Numbered from the whole stretch's first letter, positions 14,259 to 32,058 are shown. The stretch: 63,951 bases of DNA, filler included, from Cercozoa sp. M6MM (GCA_040357565.1; 10 parts of 10 records of this genome joined end to end with filler, not necessarily neighbours in it), one strand, 5' to 3'. Notes: generated by a model from the letters alone, not told the origin. Program-made: numbers and translations.

Positions 14259-15329
14259 TCGACTTTAAGTGAACCGTGCGCGGCGCGTTGAGGTTTGCGA
14301 GACTCGACTTGGTAGAGTAGCCATACGATCAGTACTAGAGGTTCTAGTGTTACAGACTGACTCAGGTTATGCAGTCTCCGCGGGGATAAACCCGGACAGA
14401 CCAGTTGGTCTCCCATCATTGAAGCAAAAGAGGAAGAAGAGTTAAGAGTTTGGGGCGCTGCGGTACTACAATACTGCCTCTAGAGCTGTGACTGGACCTG
14501 TCTGAAAGCCGTCCTGTAGCTTGAGCCTGCCAGTTGGCAAAGAGAGCCTGATCTACTTGGCATCAGCTGGTCAGTTGCTGTGCAGGTTGTACTGATATCC
14601 ACCTCTAGTTTGACGTCAGAACCGAGTTGGGGTTATTCTTCACTTCGCTTCTACAAACTTGAATCAATTGATTCCCTCGCTTTGTCTAGTTGACGACTTA
14701 CTTCTTTTATTTAGTTCTTTCCACTGACAACCGTCAGTAACACTAGAGTTAGATAGTTAGGAAGGCTGACTCCCGCGACACCGACCTAGACTCTGGTGTC
14801 GAGATAGACTAAAGTAACTCACGTACCGCCGTGCGCTGGGTATGTATGGACGTGTGCACGTGTTTGCGTTGCACGGTGCGCCCAGGTAACACGAAGTTAG
14901 AAGCGGAAGCGTTCGTAGGAGCGGTCGTTTTCGCGCGCCGTCATGTTCGGTCGCATCTTCTGCGCCGCCGCTACAAACACTCATTATATTGTATATTGTA
15001 TATTGCATCCACATAATGTGGAGATAAAAATGCAGAGGTACCGCCATCCTTGGTACTCTGGAGACCGGATTGGAGGCCAGACTGCAAGCCGGACTGCAGA
15101 CCGGTGGCAACGCCCGTGCCATCGCTCGGTCCTGTGGGGGGGGGGGGGAAGCAATCAGTCAGTCACCCACACCCAAAAAAAATGCGATGTTATTGGTNNN
15201 NNNNNNNNNNNNNNNNNNNNNNNNNNNNNNNNNNNNNNNNNTTAATTAATTAANNNNNNNNNNNNNNNNNNNNNNNNNNNNNNNNNNNNNNNNNNNNGGT
15301 GCGTTCTGTTTTTGTCTCCCACCCGCAGG

Positions 15330-18843
<3,514 letters not shown>

Positions 18844-18967
18844 TGACCCACTATGCCCTTACCCCCCNNNNNNNNNNNNNNNNNNNNNNNNNNNNNNNNN
18901 NNNNNNNNNNNTTAATTAATTAANNNNNNNNNNNNNNNNNNNNNNNNNNNNNNNNNNNNNNNNNNNN

Positions 18968-20148
18968 GGGGGTAAAGTCAGGGTGGGTGGAATGGGGGTA
19001 AAACAGAACCCACTCCAGCTCGTGTCCGTCAATCTGATTGCGCACGACTTGGAACCACAACTCGAGGTACTCCAGGTCGTTTTTAAAGGGCCTACAGGGG
19101 GATATAGGGGTAGGGCGAGGTGGGTAAACCGAGTATACTTAAGCGCGTCCTCCTCCTCGTCCGAGTCGACCTCTTCCTCGTCGTCGTCGTCGAGGTCGCG
19201 TCCGGCAAAGGCGCGCGTCATGATCGAGTCGGCCTTCATGCTGGCGAACAGGTCCTTGTCGCTGCCGCCGACCGAGCCGCCGGCGGCCTCCAGTGCCACC
19301 AGCATGTGCTCCTTCTCCACGTCCGACAGTTCGCTCAGCTGCGCCGACACGTCCATACCGGCGGCCTCTGCAGCGGCCACCAGGGCCACATCCAGCTCGC
19401 TCGGACCCTGTGCCTCCTCAGCGGCCTCTGCAGCCTCGGCATCCACTGTCTCGTCGGCTTCCTCGGGTCCGTTGTCCTCCTCGACCTCGGTTTCGACTGG
19501 CGTCTCCACCACATCAAACGAGTCCTCCGAGTTCTCCTACCAAAGGCATAGGCTTATATGGTTCTAGCTGTATAGGATACGGGTACCTTGGCCTCCGGGG
19601 CCTCCGAAGCAGCCTGTGCAGCCGCCTTGTCGTTCTTCTTGAGGCGACGCTCGTAGGCATCGTCTGCAGGCAAGGGGTAACGGGGGGGGGGTGGGGTAGG
19701 GTAGGGTAGGTGGTAAGGGGTAGGGGAAGGTAGGGTAGGGGTATAGGGTACCCTCCTCGAGGATGCCCGAGATAGGCGGCACATCAAGCTTCATGAGCGC
19801 GTCCTGGTTGAGTCGCAGCTTGTACAGCATGAGCCAGATGGCCTCCTCGATGTTCGGGTTCGAGTACCTGCACGTTTAAGAGCAGACACATGTACCATAG
19901 ACACACGTATCAGACAGACGGACAGGACGTACATCAAATAGCCTCGCGAGTTGAGGTCGCTCAGGATGCCCGACTTAACGTGCTACGGGAGGGGTGAGGG
20001 TAAAGGGGTAAGGGGTAGGGGGTAAAAGCACAGGCATACCGGACGGTCGGGGTCGAGGAACTTGAGCACATGCGAGGTCGACTTGGAGAAGAGTGCGCAC
20101 AGCGTGTGCAGCATGGCACCGCGTGTTTGCACCGAGGCGCCACAGCCT
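18968..20148 (-). CDS. unassigned protein segment with long acidic region; splices in frame after RAD1 (fusion or misjoin)
   Basis: Exons GCGASVQTRGAMLHTLCALFSKSTSHVLKFLDPDRP, NPNIEEAIWLMLYKLRL, E/D-rich exon 19142-19535, PFKNDLEYLELWFQVVRNQ; GC-rich codon usage. Confidence 0.6.
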
Positions 20149-20191
20149 GCCCCACCACAACACATTAGTCAGTCTCTTCTTTACCTAGTGT

Positions 20192-20246
<55 letters not shown>

Positions 20247-20510
20247 CCCAAAATGTTGACATTGTAGCGCACTTTGACACTTTCGTGTATCTGCAAAAAG
20301 GTACAGCGTCAGTGTAAAGCTCCATATCTCTGCGACAGAAGTGACCTGATAGGTGGAGAACAGGTCGGCAAAGTCACGCGGCATGATGAGTCTGCCCACA
20401 ATAGAGAGGGTGCGTCAGAACACAGGCAAGACCAAAGATGCTTGCACATACGTCCACTGCGAGCCATCGGCAGTCACGTGAAACTTGATCTGTCTGCTGT
20501 CCTGCACAGT

Positions 20511-20564
<54 letters not shown>

Positions 20565-21801
20565 ACACACACACATACACACACAAATACACACACGCAT
20601 ACACATACAGATACAGACTTTTGTGAGTGCGCGAGAGAGAGGTATAGAGAGAAAGAGAGGGGGGATTTAAAAAAGAGGAGGCTACGATATCGAGTGTGAC
20701 ACTCTTGGCGTTGGGCTGCTCGATCTCCGCCAGGTGATCCTTGACCAGGTCGGCCCGCGCAGTCAGATCCACCAGCGTTCTCGACTTGTTGAAACTGGTG
20801 TCCACAGACGCGTCAATGCAACAAAGGGGTACCAGAGTGAGAGGTTATGGGGTAGGTAGGCTACAGCCATCGCTCGGTATCAGCTGCATTAGCAGCATTG
20901 ACTAGTTTCATGTCTTGGTGTATCCTATGCCGACTCAGCATGTGCACATGATATCACCAGATAGAGCAGTAGTACTCTGCCAACTCGCCTGGCGCAACAA
21001 CATCGTCCAACTCCAACAGACTGCAAGCACAACACATGCACGCACATACCCGTACGTGTTGACTATGCCCAACGGGCAACAAGCAGCTACCTCAGTTGAA
21101 CAACAGCCTGACAGCCGCCTGGCCTGTCGTCGGGCGTGAGTGCTTGCTTCCTAATGCAAAGTGTAAACACACACAAATGTGCCCGACTTTCAGTAGGGTA
21201 AGCGAAGTGAAAACGCACTCGAGGAACATTGTGAGGTTGCACTGGCGCCAGTCGAGTCGCACGTCCAGCTGACTGTTGTCACTGAGGATCTATTTTTCCA
21301 CAACACACACACATACACACACAAACACATACACAGATTGTACTGTACAAAGCATTAAGACAAAAGAACAAAAGAAAGCAGCGCACGGACGCAGCAGACA
21401 GCAGCGAGCGCAGCGAGATGCCCAGATCTACAGGCTCGTGCCTGCACACAAAAACCATACTTTAGTTCAGTAGTTCAGTACACAAATACTACAAAAGTGT
21501 ATCAGAGGACATACCACTGGTACTCGTACTCCTGAAACACCTCCTTACGCAGGTAAGCGCGGCAGAACATGACACGCTGCGTGTGGAAAAACACTCGCCA
21601 CCCACTCTCACTGATTCGAAGCACGGCACGTCCGTCACCGCCGCTGCGTCGCTCAAGTTCGCCCAGCTGCGCCAACTTCAGCAGTGGCTTCACCGAGGAC
21701 AAATGCCTACCCGACAACCGACTCGAAAGAAGGATGCAACATCAAAAAGCTCACCCCTGAAACTCGGGCACGGCTTCCTCTTCTGTATTCTCAGCCTTCA
21801 T
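20247..21801 (-). CDS. RAD1: 9-1-1 checkpoint clamp subunit Rad1/Rec1
   Basis: FQGHLSSVKPLLKL, AVLRISESGWRVFFHTQRVMFCRAYLRKEVFQEYEY, VDLGISLRSLL, ARADLVKDHLAEIE, LIMPRDFADLFSTYQ, VRYNVNIL parallel Rad1. Confidence 0.75.
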
Positions 21802-23524
21802 TGGAACAATTAAAGCCGTTAAAGTGACGGTTCATGCAGTAGAACTCCATATAAACCAGGTGCATTCTTTTTGTTTTTTGTTTTTGGCGGGAGTGAACTT
21901 GGCCTTGCGCAGACACGTGCCTTGACGGCTGACCATGTTGTCGCTGAAAGCGATTCTACAGCTACTCCCAAGCTTAGCGTTGACGGGATAAGAACAGGGC
22001 AATGCTTTTCCTTAGTGCGCTAGCCTTCAAAAAGGCACTTCGCAGGCGCAGACTAGATGTGGGCCCTCCTGTTTGACCTTCAGTACCCCCCCCCCCCGCG
22101 GAAGTCCATGTATCTGCCGCTTACTTTACTTTTTCAGGCAAAGAAGCGCTTCGACAGAGAACTGTAAGTGGCTGCTGATGCTCAAGCGCTTGCCGGGTGA
22201 CGATGCTATGTGAGCAGGCAGTATACTGCACCGGTGACAGCATCTGCCTGGGTTGAGACTGCCCTGGTTGCTGCTCTCTTCGCACTCGACTCCTTACTCC
22301 ACCGGTGTCTGGACTCTTTATGTTCAGTACAATGCCACAAGGTGCTGTTTTATTTGACTGAACTCTAAACTGAAGAAAACAAGTGACATCACTCACGCTG
22401 TTATCAACTGGTGTACGCGCACTGATGGTATCCGACACATGCATCGCGTCTTCCAGTTTGTTCCCAGCTGACGTGTTGGGAGTATAGACTGTCATGACGT
22501 GGCATGCTACACAATACGGAACTTCGCTGTGTGTGCTGTTTTGGCCTACACTAGGCACACTCAATCAACGCGTCGCCACTGCATTGGTACTGCCCTGCCC
22601 GCCTACCCAGCTTTTCATATAAAGTGGCTACTGCACCTGTACAAGTTTCATCCGTGTATGTGACAGGGAGCTGCTCCAAGCAACGAAAAGAGACAAGTGC
22701 TGGCATTGTTGCTGTTGTGCATGTCCATCGTCTCGCCTCTAACCCACTTACTATCGCTCTACGTATGCTTCCAGCCTCAGTCAATTGATACTGTATGAAG
22801 GTGCTGTAGTATACTATGTTTACAGTGGGAATTCCACCTGCACCAAATCGCACTCTGTGCCTACATTGTGTTCCTGACGCTGGTTGTGCTTTCTTTGAGC
22901 GTGTTCCAACTTCCTGTGAGCTCACGTGTCCAGGTAAATTTATTATACTGAAGTCTGTGCCGATTCCATGTCTCCAGTGTATTGTATGAATAGTACCACA
23001 TCCGTGCGACTGTGCTGCTGAGCGTTGTGCTACTATATGTTCTGCCGGTGGCGTCAATTCTTCTGCCGTGTGCGGCTCTGTCATACATTCTGTGGCGCGA
23101 GCATCGAGTGCACTTGCTTGAGGTGCATTTCTAGTACTGTTCTGCATTTGTTTGTTTTATATTTTACACTGTTTCCTAGTCCCGAATGATGGAGAGCGGC
23201 GACACTGACTTCGAACAGGCGCTCAAAGAACGTACATGATTTTGAAGGCTACAACAACACTTGTTGGGACAAACATTGTGAAAATGCTCAGTCGACGACG
23301 AACTTGCAGTCCAAACAGAAACTGACGCGTTCCTAGATGACTCCGATCACGAGTAGTCTAGCACTAAAATAACACACGCAAGATTATCTTGTTAAAAATG
23401 CGCATTAGAGCTCAAATTAAGCTGTACTTTTCTATTACCGGAGCGCCGGGACGAGAATAAGCTTGTTGACGCAAGCTGTTTCGCACGCGATTGGCTAGGC
23501 TGGTGCGTGCGCGCGAGTTTACAA

Positions 23525-24015
23525 ATGGTACAACCGCCAGTGAACACCTCCAAGGGCCAGCAGGGCCCGAGCAAACATTGGGAGGTAGTCCGACGCTTTG
23601 AGACGGCGTTCACCGGTAGGCTTGGGTCTCACCTTGCGTGACAGAAGACACTTGAGTGAGAGCTGTTTGATTGTGTTGGACAGGAGGAAAGGCGGTGCTG
23701 TCAGCATGTGGCACGCGCATGTTTGGCTGGTGCAACGAGCAGGTAGACTTGCGAGAGATGTCCGTGCTGTGTGTGGTGTAATATGTCTGTCTGTGCAGGT
23801 GGCAGTGCTGTCGCTGCTGACTGGTGCCGTCACGCGCATTCTCTCCTCTGGCGAGGGTATTCTTTGCCCCTTCCTTTACCCCCTTTAACCTGTTACCCCT
23901 CCCCGACAGAGGAGCAGAGTGACGGCTTTACGGCCTTTTGTGTGTCGCATGACGACTCGATCGTCGCTGTGTCATGTCGCTCTGGCATGATTCGACTGCT
24001 CGACGCGTTCACTGG
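23525..24015 (+). CDS. TBL3: U3 snoRNP WD40 protein UTP13/TBL3, 5' part
   Basis: KHWEVVRRFETAFTG|GKAVLSACGTRMFGWCNEQ|VAVLSLLTG...DGFTAFCVSHDDSIVAVSCRSGMIRL matches the TBL3 N-terminus. Confidence 0.75.
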
Positions 24016-24173
24016 TAGGGTTTGCCCCCTCCCCTTTACCCCTCTACCCCGTCTACCCCCCCCCCCCCCCCCCNNNNNNNNNNNNNNNNNNNNNNNNNNN
24101 NNNNNNNNNNNNNNNNNTTAATTAATTAANNNNNNNNNNNNNNNNNNNNNNNNNNNNNNNNNNNNNNNNNNNN

Positions 24174-24223
<50 letters not shown>

Positions 24224-24253
24224 CCGTTTGAACTGATAAGTTTCATCTTACAG

Positions 24254-25243
24254 GCACTTTGAGTGTCGCCAACTACCTCGACATTGTGCAACACTTGCGC
24301 GATCTCATTCGATCTGCTGGTAAACTTCCTACCGTTGCCGAAATGATTGAACATGCTGTGCTTATGTTTTTTCTGCAGGAAAGAAGGCCTACGTGATCTC
24401 GGTCGGCAAGTTGAACGTCCCGAAGCTGGCGAACTTCTCGCACATCGACATTTTCTGCCTCGTACTGACCGCTTTGGCTTCTGGTTGCTGCGTTGTTTGT
24501 GTATTATATATTGAAATGTGTTCCAGGTGGCCTGTCCATTGGCCTCGATCGTCGATACGACGGATTACTTCAGCGAGATTGCCACTCCTATCGACGTCGA
24601 GTTGGCTCTAGTGCCACATAGGTATTCTAACCAAAAAGATGTCAATTCTACTCTTCATCTGTGTGTCTGCTTGCGTACGCAGAGAGTGGACGGGCGAGTA
24701 CAGCACGGACTTCCGTCAGGTGCTGCAGGAGGGGCGGTTGCGGACACGAGAACCGTCGGAAAAGTCACATGAACTGTCCAATCAGGAGGATTTGGACGCT
24801 GGTATTTTTATTCACGCAAACGGTGGATTACTTACAGATTCAACCCTGTTCGTTTCCCAGGTGTGCGATTCAACGCACTCACGAACTCGATCGTGCCGGC
24901 AGTGACGACGACAGCAATGAGCAGCGGCTCGGACTCGCAGGCGCTCGTGGCCATGCAGGAGAAGCAACTGCAGGCGGCGCATGAGCACTTCTCGACGCTC
25001 ACGTACCGCGGATTGGAGCCGCGTGTGGGCGAAACGCCAGTGGCTACGATTGAGCGCGGTCTGCACGGCACCTCGCAGGTACCCACATAGCTTCTTTCGG
25101 TCACTCACTGTTGTTCCAAAGCTCACATGGGGGGGGGGTTAACTGTGCAGGGTTACTCGCTAGTGGAGGCGCTGGACGACGAGGCGATGGCTGCTGCTGC
25201 TGCCGCTGCACTCGCCGATTCATCTGATGAGGAGGAGGCTTAA
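24254..25243 (+). CDS. DPH2: diphthamide biosynthesis protein DPH2, 3' part
   Basis: [79 protein letters not shown]. Confidence 0.9.
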
Positions 25244-26090
25244 TTTGACGGTTTGATCGGTTGGTTAGTTAGTTGAGTCTTATATGAAACGCAACCATCT
25301 AAGTAGTTTCCCCGGCGCGGGTATGGCGGGGTTTTTCTGAGCCTGCCTCTGGCATTGCATTCATTGCCCTTTCGTGGTGTTAGGGCATAGTTGTGGTATT
25401 TGAAGCTTTCAAGTCAGTTGCAGGAGAACCTTGGGAGTGTGCGAACGGAATGTCGGCGATGCTGAGTTTGTTTGAAAAGGTGTGCGAACAATGTCCGGAC
25501 TTGTACAAACTCACACGTTTCGACTCGGCGGTAGACGACAAGCGTTGGTGTACGCCATGCCATGCTGAAGTGGCGAGCGACGCTAGCCGAGGTTTTACGC
25601 ACGCAAAGAGGCTCGGATGGATCGAACAGCGCCCACGGAAGAGGGTTTTGCGCGTTTTGGAATTTGTGAAAAGTGAAAAGCTCCTTCTTGGGAATGCTCA
25701 ATTTCAGCATCGCCAGGATCAGCCAAGTGCGAGACGTCTGAGTGAAGCTCATGCTGCACCGCTCTTCGGAAGTGCCAACTAAACAAAAAGAGCGGCGTCT
25801 CTTGAGAATTCTCCCCGCATAATACGCCTGTCGATTTAGAGCTCTCTCCTAGCTGTTCTTGATCTAATCGATCGTGCTAAGAAAGCCGTGCGAAAAAAAT
25901 CTTGACGGGTTGATCAGTTTGCAATTACTGACGTGAGTTCAGTTTCCGTTCTTTCAGTTCTAATCTTGCGTTGCGTTGCTTCTGGATTTTGATAACGAGT
26001 TTTAGTTTGCCGATGCGTGAATCGTACGGTAGTTCGGGTGTTCAGAAGCTGCCATAAGAGCCGCGCAGATAGTCACATACAGTAGCAAGC

Positions 26091-29000
26091 TCACACCATG
26101 CTTTCGGCCGTCAGAAGCGAGGACGACTCGTCAGCTTCACGCTCGACAACATGCTGTTCGTCGAGGTGCATTTGCACTGGTGACTGCGGTTGCTCTGCCG
26201 TTGAGTTGCGACGTTCGGCAGCTGCCGCATGCGCAGCAAAATTCTCGGCCACCTGGAGACATACAACGATACCGTCGTTCGGTCGAAGAAAGTCAAGCAA
26301 AATTGACACACCTGCTGGCGCATCATTTCGACTTCGCGATCAACTTCGCGCTGCAAAGCTGCGCTTCCGACTGAGTTCTATATCAAATTGTGCGCCTGGT
26401 GACACAGCGGACGAAGCACTAAACAGAAAAAGTCGTACCTCGCTCGCCGAAGACGCATCAGTGTCCTCGATTGAATAAGCCTCGGGAGCGACACGACCCT
26501 TACTTGCGTACTTTTGCATCTGTCGACTGACTGCACTTTCGGCGTACACCTGTGAAGGCACCAACAACACAGAAACGTCATGATAAAACTGATTGACTGG
26601 CGAAAACGAATGTTTAAAGTACCGAATTGGAGGAATGCGCGTCGTCGTCGCCATCCAGCATCGACATGCGCGAGGGCGCGAGACTGGATACTGCGGTGGA
26701 CAGTCCCATGGAGGTACGCTTGAGGCGCTCTGACAGGCGACTGACGAGGCCGTCGTTTCCGTCCTTTCCGGAGATACCGAGCCAGACGCCGAGCTTGTCG
26801 AGACCGCACGCCTTCATGACCGGCGTCAGGAGTCGGCGCACTCTTGCGAACAGCGCAAAGGCCATTGCCAGGATCAGCGTGACACCAAAGAACAGGTTCA
26901 GCAAAAAGACAAGCACGGCGAGCTCCTTGCTGCCGTTTTGGTTGTCGTAGTAGGTGAACACACTGCCAGCCAGCAAGGTTGCCGTCAATAGCAGGCATGC
27001 GAGTGTCTCAGACACATTCGAAAAGCGGGATTTGAACGGCGACAAGCGCGCTGTGAAGAAGGCACTCTGTGCACTCAGCCACAAATACATAACGCGTGCG
27101 TAGCGATGGAAGAGAGAGGGGAGCACGATTGTACCACCAAGAGGATGCCTACGACGAGAACAGGCACGACAGGAGAATCAGGCTCGGAGAAGGTGAAGAC
27201 ACATGTGATCTGAAGGCAGAAACACGAAAATGGCTGCTACTATAAGGAGATACTCAGAGAATGTAGTTACCACAAACTTTCGAATGATATCCGTGAGCAT
27301 CCAACTACAAAATACAATCATTGAGTGTCATGGCAAGGAACGCAGCACCTTAACCTCCCAACGGTCAACAGTACCCATAGTGAGCTCCGTGGAACTGCAA
27401 GTACATCCATCCGAAACGTCGCTGCGTCTTGTTGCGATGCAGTCTGCCGCGGTGAGAGTACAGAATGCCAGCAAACACGACAGGCACACCGATCACGAAC
27501 ATGGCAAAGGCCACATAGGCGAGGTCACGCGTGCGACGGTGTTCGGCAGTGTCGCAACTAACGTACGGCTCAGCCCTCATGAACCTGTCGCCAGTGAAGG
27601 GATCGCTCGTGCAGCGTGTGCGATCAATGACACTTCGCGTCAGTGGGAAGAACACGATGTTAATAGCCAGCGTCGTCAGGTACATTGCCTTGTCGATTGA
27701 GTAGCGCTTCGGCACCTTGTGAACGCGGTAGGTCATGCGGTGAAGCAGCACGCTGAGAATGCCGCATACGATGACGCCGGGAATCAGCAGAATCGACGTA
27801 ATGAACAGGTTGGTCGATGAGATTTGGTATTCGACGCACTCAATGCCAAACATGTTGAGGTTGGCCACCGAAGCGAGATCGTCCAGCGCAGGGAGCGGAT
27901 TCGGCCACACGAATATGGTCATGAATGCCGATAGCACCTGAGCGTAGAACACGATCGTCTGCAAACCGAGTCGACGCTGCGAACGCAAGCTCGCAACGCG
28001 CCTATAAACAAAGTTTGGTACACCTATGGAATTTAAGGAAGCCTCGGAATGAGGGGCCATACTCATCAGGGGTCATCATGAAGACACTGCGCGCCGACCA
28101 GAACACGATTGCCACTGCAAGAAAGCGGGAACATAGTGGTGTCATGCAAACGACATTGAAAAGCAACAGCAACTCACCAAACAAGACTGGAACAATGACG
28201 GCAAAGATGTAGAAGGAGCCCTTGATGCTGTTGCTGCACTGCTTGCACTGGCCACCACTGCGAAAGTATCCAGATTCACAGGCCGAGCAAAGTCGGTCCT
28301 TGTATCCCTCGGCGCATTCAAAGATCTCCTTGTCGTCGGGATTGCAGCTCGTCTTGCCAAAACCGATGGGCGGACACTCGACCAATCCCTGCACTCGCTC
28401 GTCCTTCACGACCGGGTAGAAACCCGAGGGCACCTGACGGTAAGCATTGGCATAGGTGGGAACTCAGTGTTTTGTTTAGTTGAAGTGTGCAATTTGAATG
28501 GTACCACAAGTGGGGCATTGGCTCCTCCGGGACACTGTGCATTGGCAAGACACGCGATACACTCGAACGTGTGCGTCGCGTAGAACGCGCCGCTGTCATC
28601 AACGCCAGTCGAGCCAGTTTCCTTGATGCCCCCGTAGTACCCAGTGAGACACTCGCACCCCGCATAGTTCACCTACATTATGGTAAGTTTGATCAGAGAC
28701 ATACCGGTAGTTCCTCTTTCTTAAACAACATGATACCAGTTGCGGGTCTGCGCGGAACTCGTGGCCAAAAATCGTGGTCTGGTAGAAACACGACACACAT
28801 ATAGTAGTTGCCACTAAAGCTGGTTAAATTTTGAAAAGCACCATGCCATGACACATAGCATTCGGCAGCGTGTCGCCCGGAAGTGTCAGTTCGTCGGTCA
28901 ACTTTGCGCTGTCAGAAAGCAAACAAATACCTCCAGTTCTGAGTATTACCGATACCGACTGCACCAGAAACTAAATTCACCTTCCCAATCCAGGAGCAAT

Positions 29001-29786
29001 GTCCATAAACTTGGCCTAAATTCCACGGGTGATACAAAATAGCGCTCATGGAAGAGCACATCCAAATCAGGAGTGATATTTACGTTCGGGTTGCCCGAAA
29101 CCAGCACGCGCATGTTCAAAGCAGTGTACACCGAACGAATTTCGTCGAGTTGGTTGTTTCGATAGTCGACCACTAAAGTGACAACACAAGCAAAGTTTAG
29201 TTGTCATCACTTCAAAACTGAAGAACTGATACCGCGCAGTTTCTTCTGGAAACTGTGCGAAGCGATAGGCTGCCCACTCAACTTGTTGTTCGCCATGTTG
29301 AATTCTTCTAGCTGCAGACATACAAGAGCATACCACCAATGCTACCTAGTATTTCACACGCAGGCACAAAAACGTACCACTGGGAGGTATGAGGAGGTGC
29401 CTTGCAGGAACGCAACTTGCTGTGCATTGCCTGCCAACTGGTTGTTCGACAGGTCGAGGATGCGGAGGTTCGTGTAGTACTTCAACGCTTCCAGCACCAG
29501 CGTGACCTCGGTCAATTGATTGTACGACAAGTCCAAAACCTGAGTTTCGCAAACACATTTGCTTCAGGCCGAATTAGCATCATGAAACAAGATTGTCATC
29601 GTACCACCAGAGCACCCTGTGCTGCCTCTCGCGAAAGCAGAGGCCCCACATCAGAGAACGTGTTGTTTTTGAGACGAATCTCTTCGCAGTTGCCGAGCGC
29701 GTTGAGCGAGTTAGGAACCGTGCCGGACAGCTCGTTGTGTGAGAAGTCGAAGAACGTGAGCGATGCCACAGAACCCAGGCACTAAG

Positions 29787-29839
<53 letters not shown>

Positions 29840-32058
29840 GCAGTAGAAGATAGTACAAGAATCGTTCAACGTACATCCGGGATGCCGCCGGAGAACTGGT
29901 TGTAGGAAGCGTCCAAACGCATCAAACCCGTGAAGGAGCAGAAGTAGTTAACCGAGGAAGTAATATTATTGTTCGCCAAAATCTGCCATGAAACATAATT
30001 GAAAGCTGTCAGATTGAATGCACAGCGGGTTTTCCGTATAAGAGGAAAGCGTATCGTACAAGCTCTGCCAACGGCTGTGGCGCACCTCCTAGAACGGCCA
30101 AATCTTCGACAGCGTCGAACCGGTTGTTGCTCAAGTCAATTTTGGCTGGAGTGGCCGACACGAACATGCGCTGTTTGAATAGTGCTGCCGGAACCGTGCC
30201 ACTCAGACGGTTGTTTGCCGCCGATAACTGTAGCAACAATACCGACGCCGTGCTGCGTTTATACCACACGCTATCGTCACAAAAAGCATGGATGATTAAA
30301 ATGGGTTTACATGGCAGGGATGTCGCCGGTGAAGTCGTTGTTGGACACCCAGCACATCTGCCGAGAACGAGAGGTGGTAACCAACGTGACAAAGTCCGAA
30401 ACCGAGTAAATTTACCATAAGTGACGGCATTGTGTTAAGTATGCTGAGCGAACCCTGGGAAGAAAGCACAACAACTTGAAGATCAGGAGCGCATATCACT
30501 TGTGTCTGGTGAAGAAGGTTACCGACAGTCGGTTGGAGTTGAGTGTGAGAATGCGAACTGACGTGAGGCTGCTTAGCGAGGAAGGCAACCCGCCGGTAAA
30601 GGCGTTCTCACCAATGGACAAAGCGACGAGACTCGACATGTTTGTCCAGATGTCGGGAATTGTTCCTTCAAGCGAGCACGCATAGAACGAGATGTAGGTC
30701 AGACCTGCGAGTAGTCCGAGCGACTGTTCATTGCACAAACGGCAAACATACCAGACAATCAACAAAAACCAGGGCTATCACAAAATGAGAATACCTCGGG
30801 AATTGATCCAACCAAACCAGTCGACTCACTGAACACGAGTTCCTACTTGTGCCAGTGAGTATTTTTTTAAAAAGATACTATTTTCGACATCTTAACCCAG
30901 TCACGGGAAATGACAACAGAGTCCACTGTACCTTCAGCTGCACGGCATTGCCAATATCGGACGGAATGGTTCCCTCGACACGCGCCCACAGTTTCTCCAG
31001 AGTCGTCGAGCTCGAGACCCACGTCGGGAACGGAGACACAATTCCGGAGCCATGTACGAGAAGAGAGCGCAATGTCGGAATGCTACCAAGCGATGCTGGC
31101 AGCACACCCGATACCTGACTATTGACGAGATTAAGGTACTCAAGCGCAATGAGGTGTGCGCCGATCGATTCAGGCAACACTCCTGTCACCTGCGAGTCGC
31201 GCAGGTCGAGATGTGTCAAACTCGTGCAGTTGAGCAGACGGTCCGTCAGCTCTCCGGTGAGCTGATTTTTCGCCACGGCCTGTCGAAAAATTGGAGCCAA
31301 AACTAAAGTACAACACCCACCCCGGCTCTGTCGTAGGAGAAAATGCTTTACCACGTGGGTGAAGTCGATGTACCAACGGTCATTGTCCACAATGGTGGCA
31401 TCAAGACCGGCCATGATCTCTACTCAGTACCGCCAGCAAAAAACATTATACACAAGGCGTGTGAGCTTTGATGCGTGTCACATAACAAAGAACTGCAGTA
31501 CGACGAATGTTCGGCGCCGTGTTGCACAGGTACTCGGGAAAGATGCCATCGAAGGCATTCTCACCCACAACCAACTCCTCGAGTGCCGTGTTTTGCGCGA
31601 ATGTGTTCTCTGTTATCGTTCCTGTCAGAGCGTTTCGTTGCAGGTTGAGAACTTTAAGGCCCGTGAAGGCGTCGAACATGCCGTTTAATAAGCTTCCTGC
31701 AATGTACGACAAAGTTATGTTTATTGTGCGACAGCAAATCAGATAGGTTGTAAAACTGTGTGGATACCTGAAAGTCCGTTCTCGGCGAGAACAAGTTCGG
31801 TGACGACAGATTTAGTTCCATCACATGTCACACCATGCCAGTCACATGCGTCAACAGAAGAATTTTTCCAGTTTGAGTTGTTTGTCCAGCTACGAACAAA
31901 ACTCATTACATCAGTGCTGCTTGATCAAGAAACTGGTACCTCGTCCCTCCTAGGGTGTCATAGATAGACTCGAGTGCCGTCTTCTGTGCACCCGACAGAG
32001 CGAGCACTCCGGAAGTAGCCAATACGAGGCAGAGCACCACATGACACGGAGATGTCAT
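26091..32058 (-). CDS. LRR ectodomain + Cys-rich stalk + multipass (about 7TM) receptor-like protein
   Basis: Signal peptide; plant-type LRRNT DACDWHGVTC; many LxxLxLxxNxLxGxIP repeats; CAEGYKDRLCSACESGYF...CKQC; hydrophobic helices at 26850-28200 with YAQVL and RFGWMY. Confidence 0.8.

Noticed and set aside
22121-23147. Two minus-strand ORFs as a possible transposon remnant or gene
   Set aside because: No transposase, RT or other motif recognised; left unannotated
25393-25782. Intronless 129-aa ORF
   Set aside because: No motif or supporting codon signal
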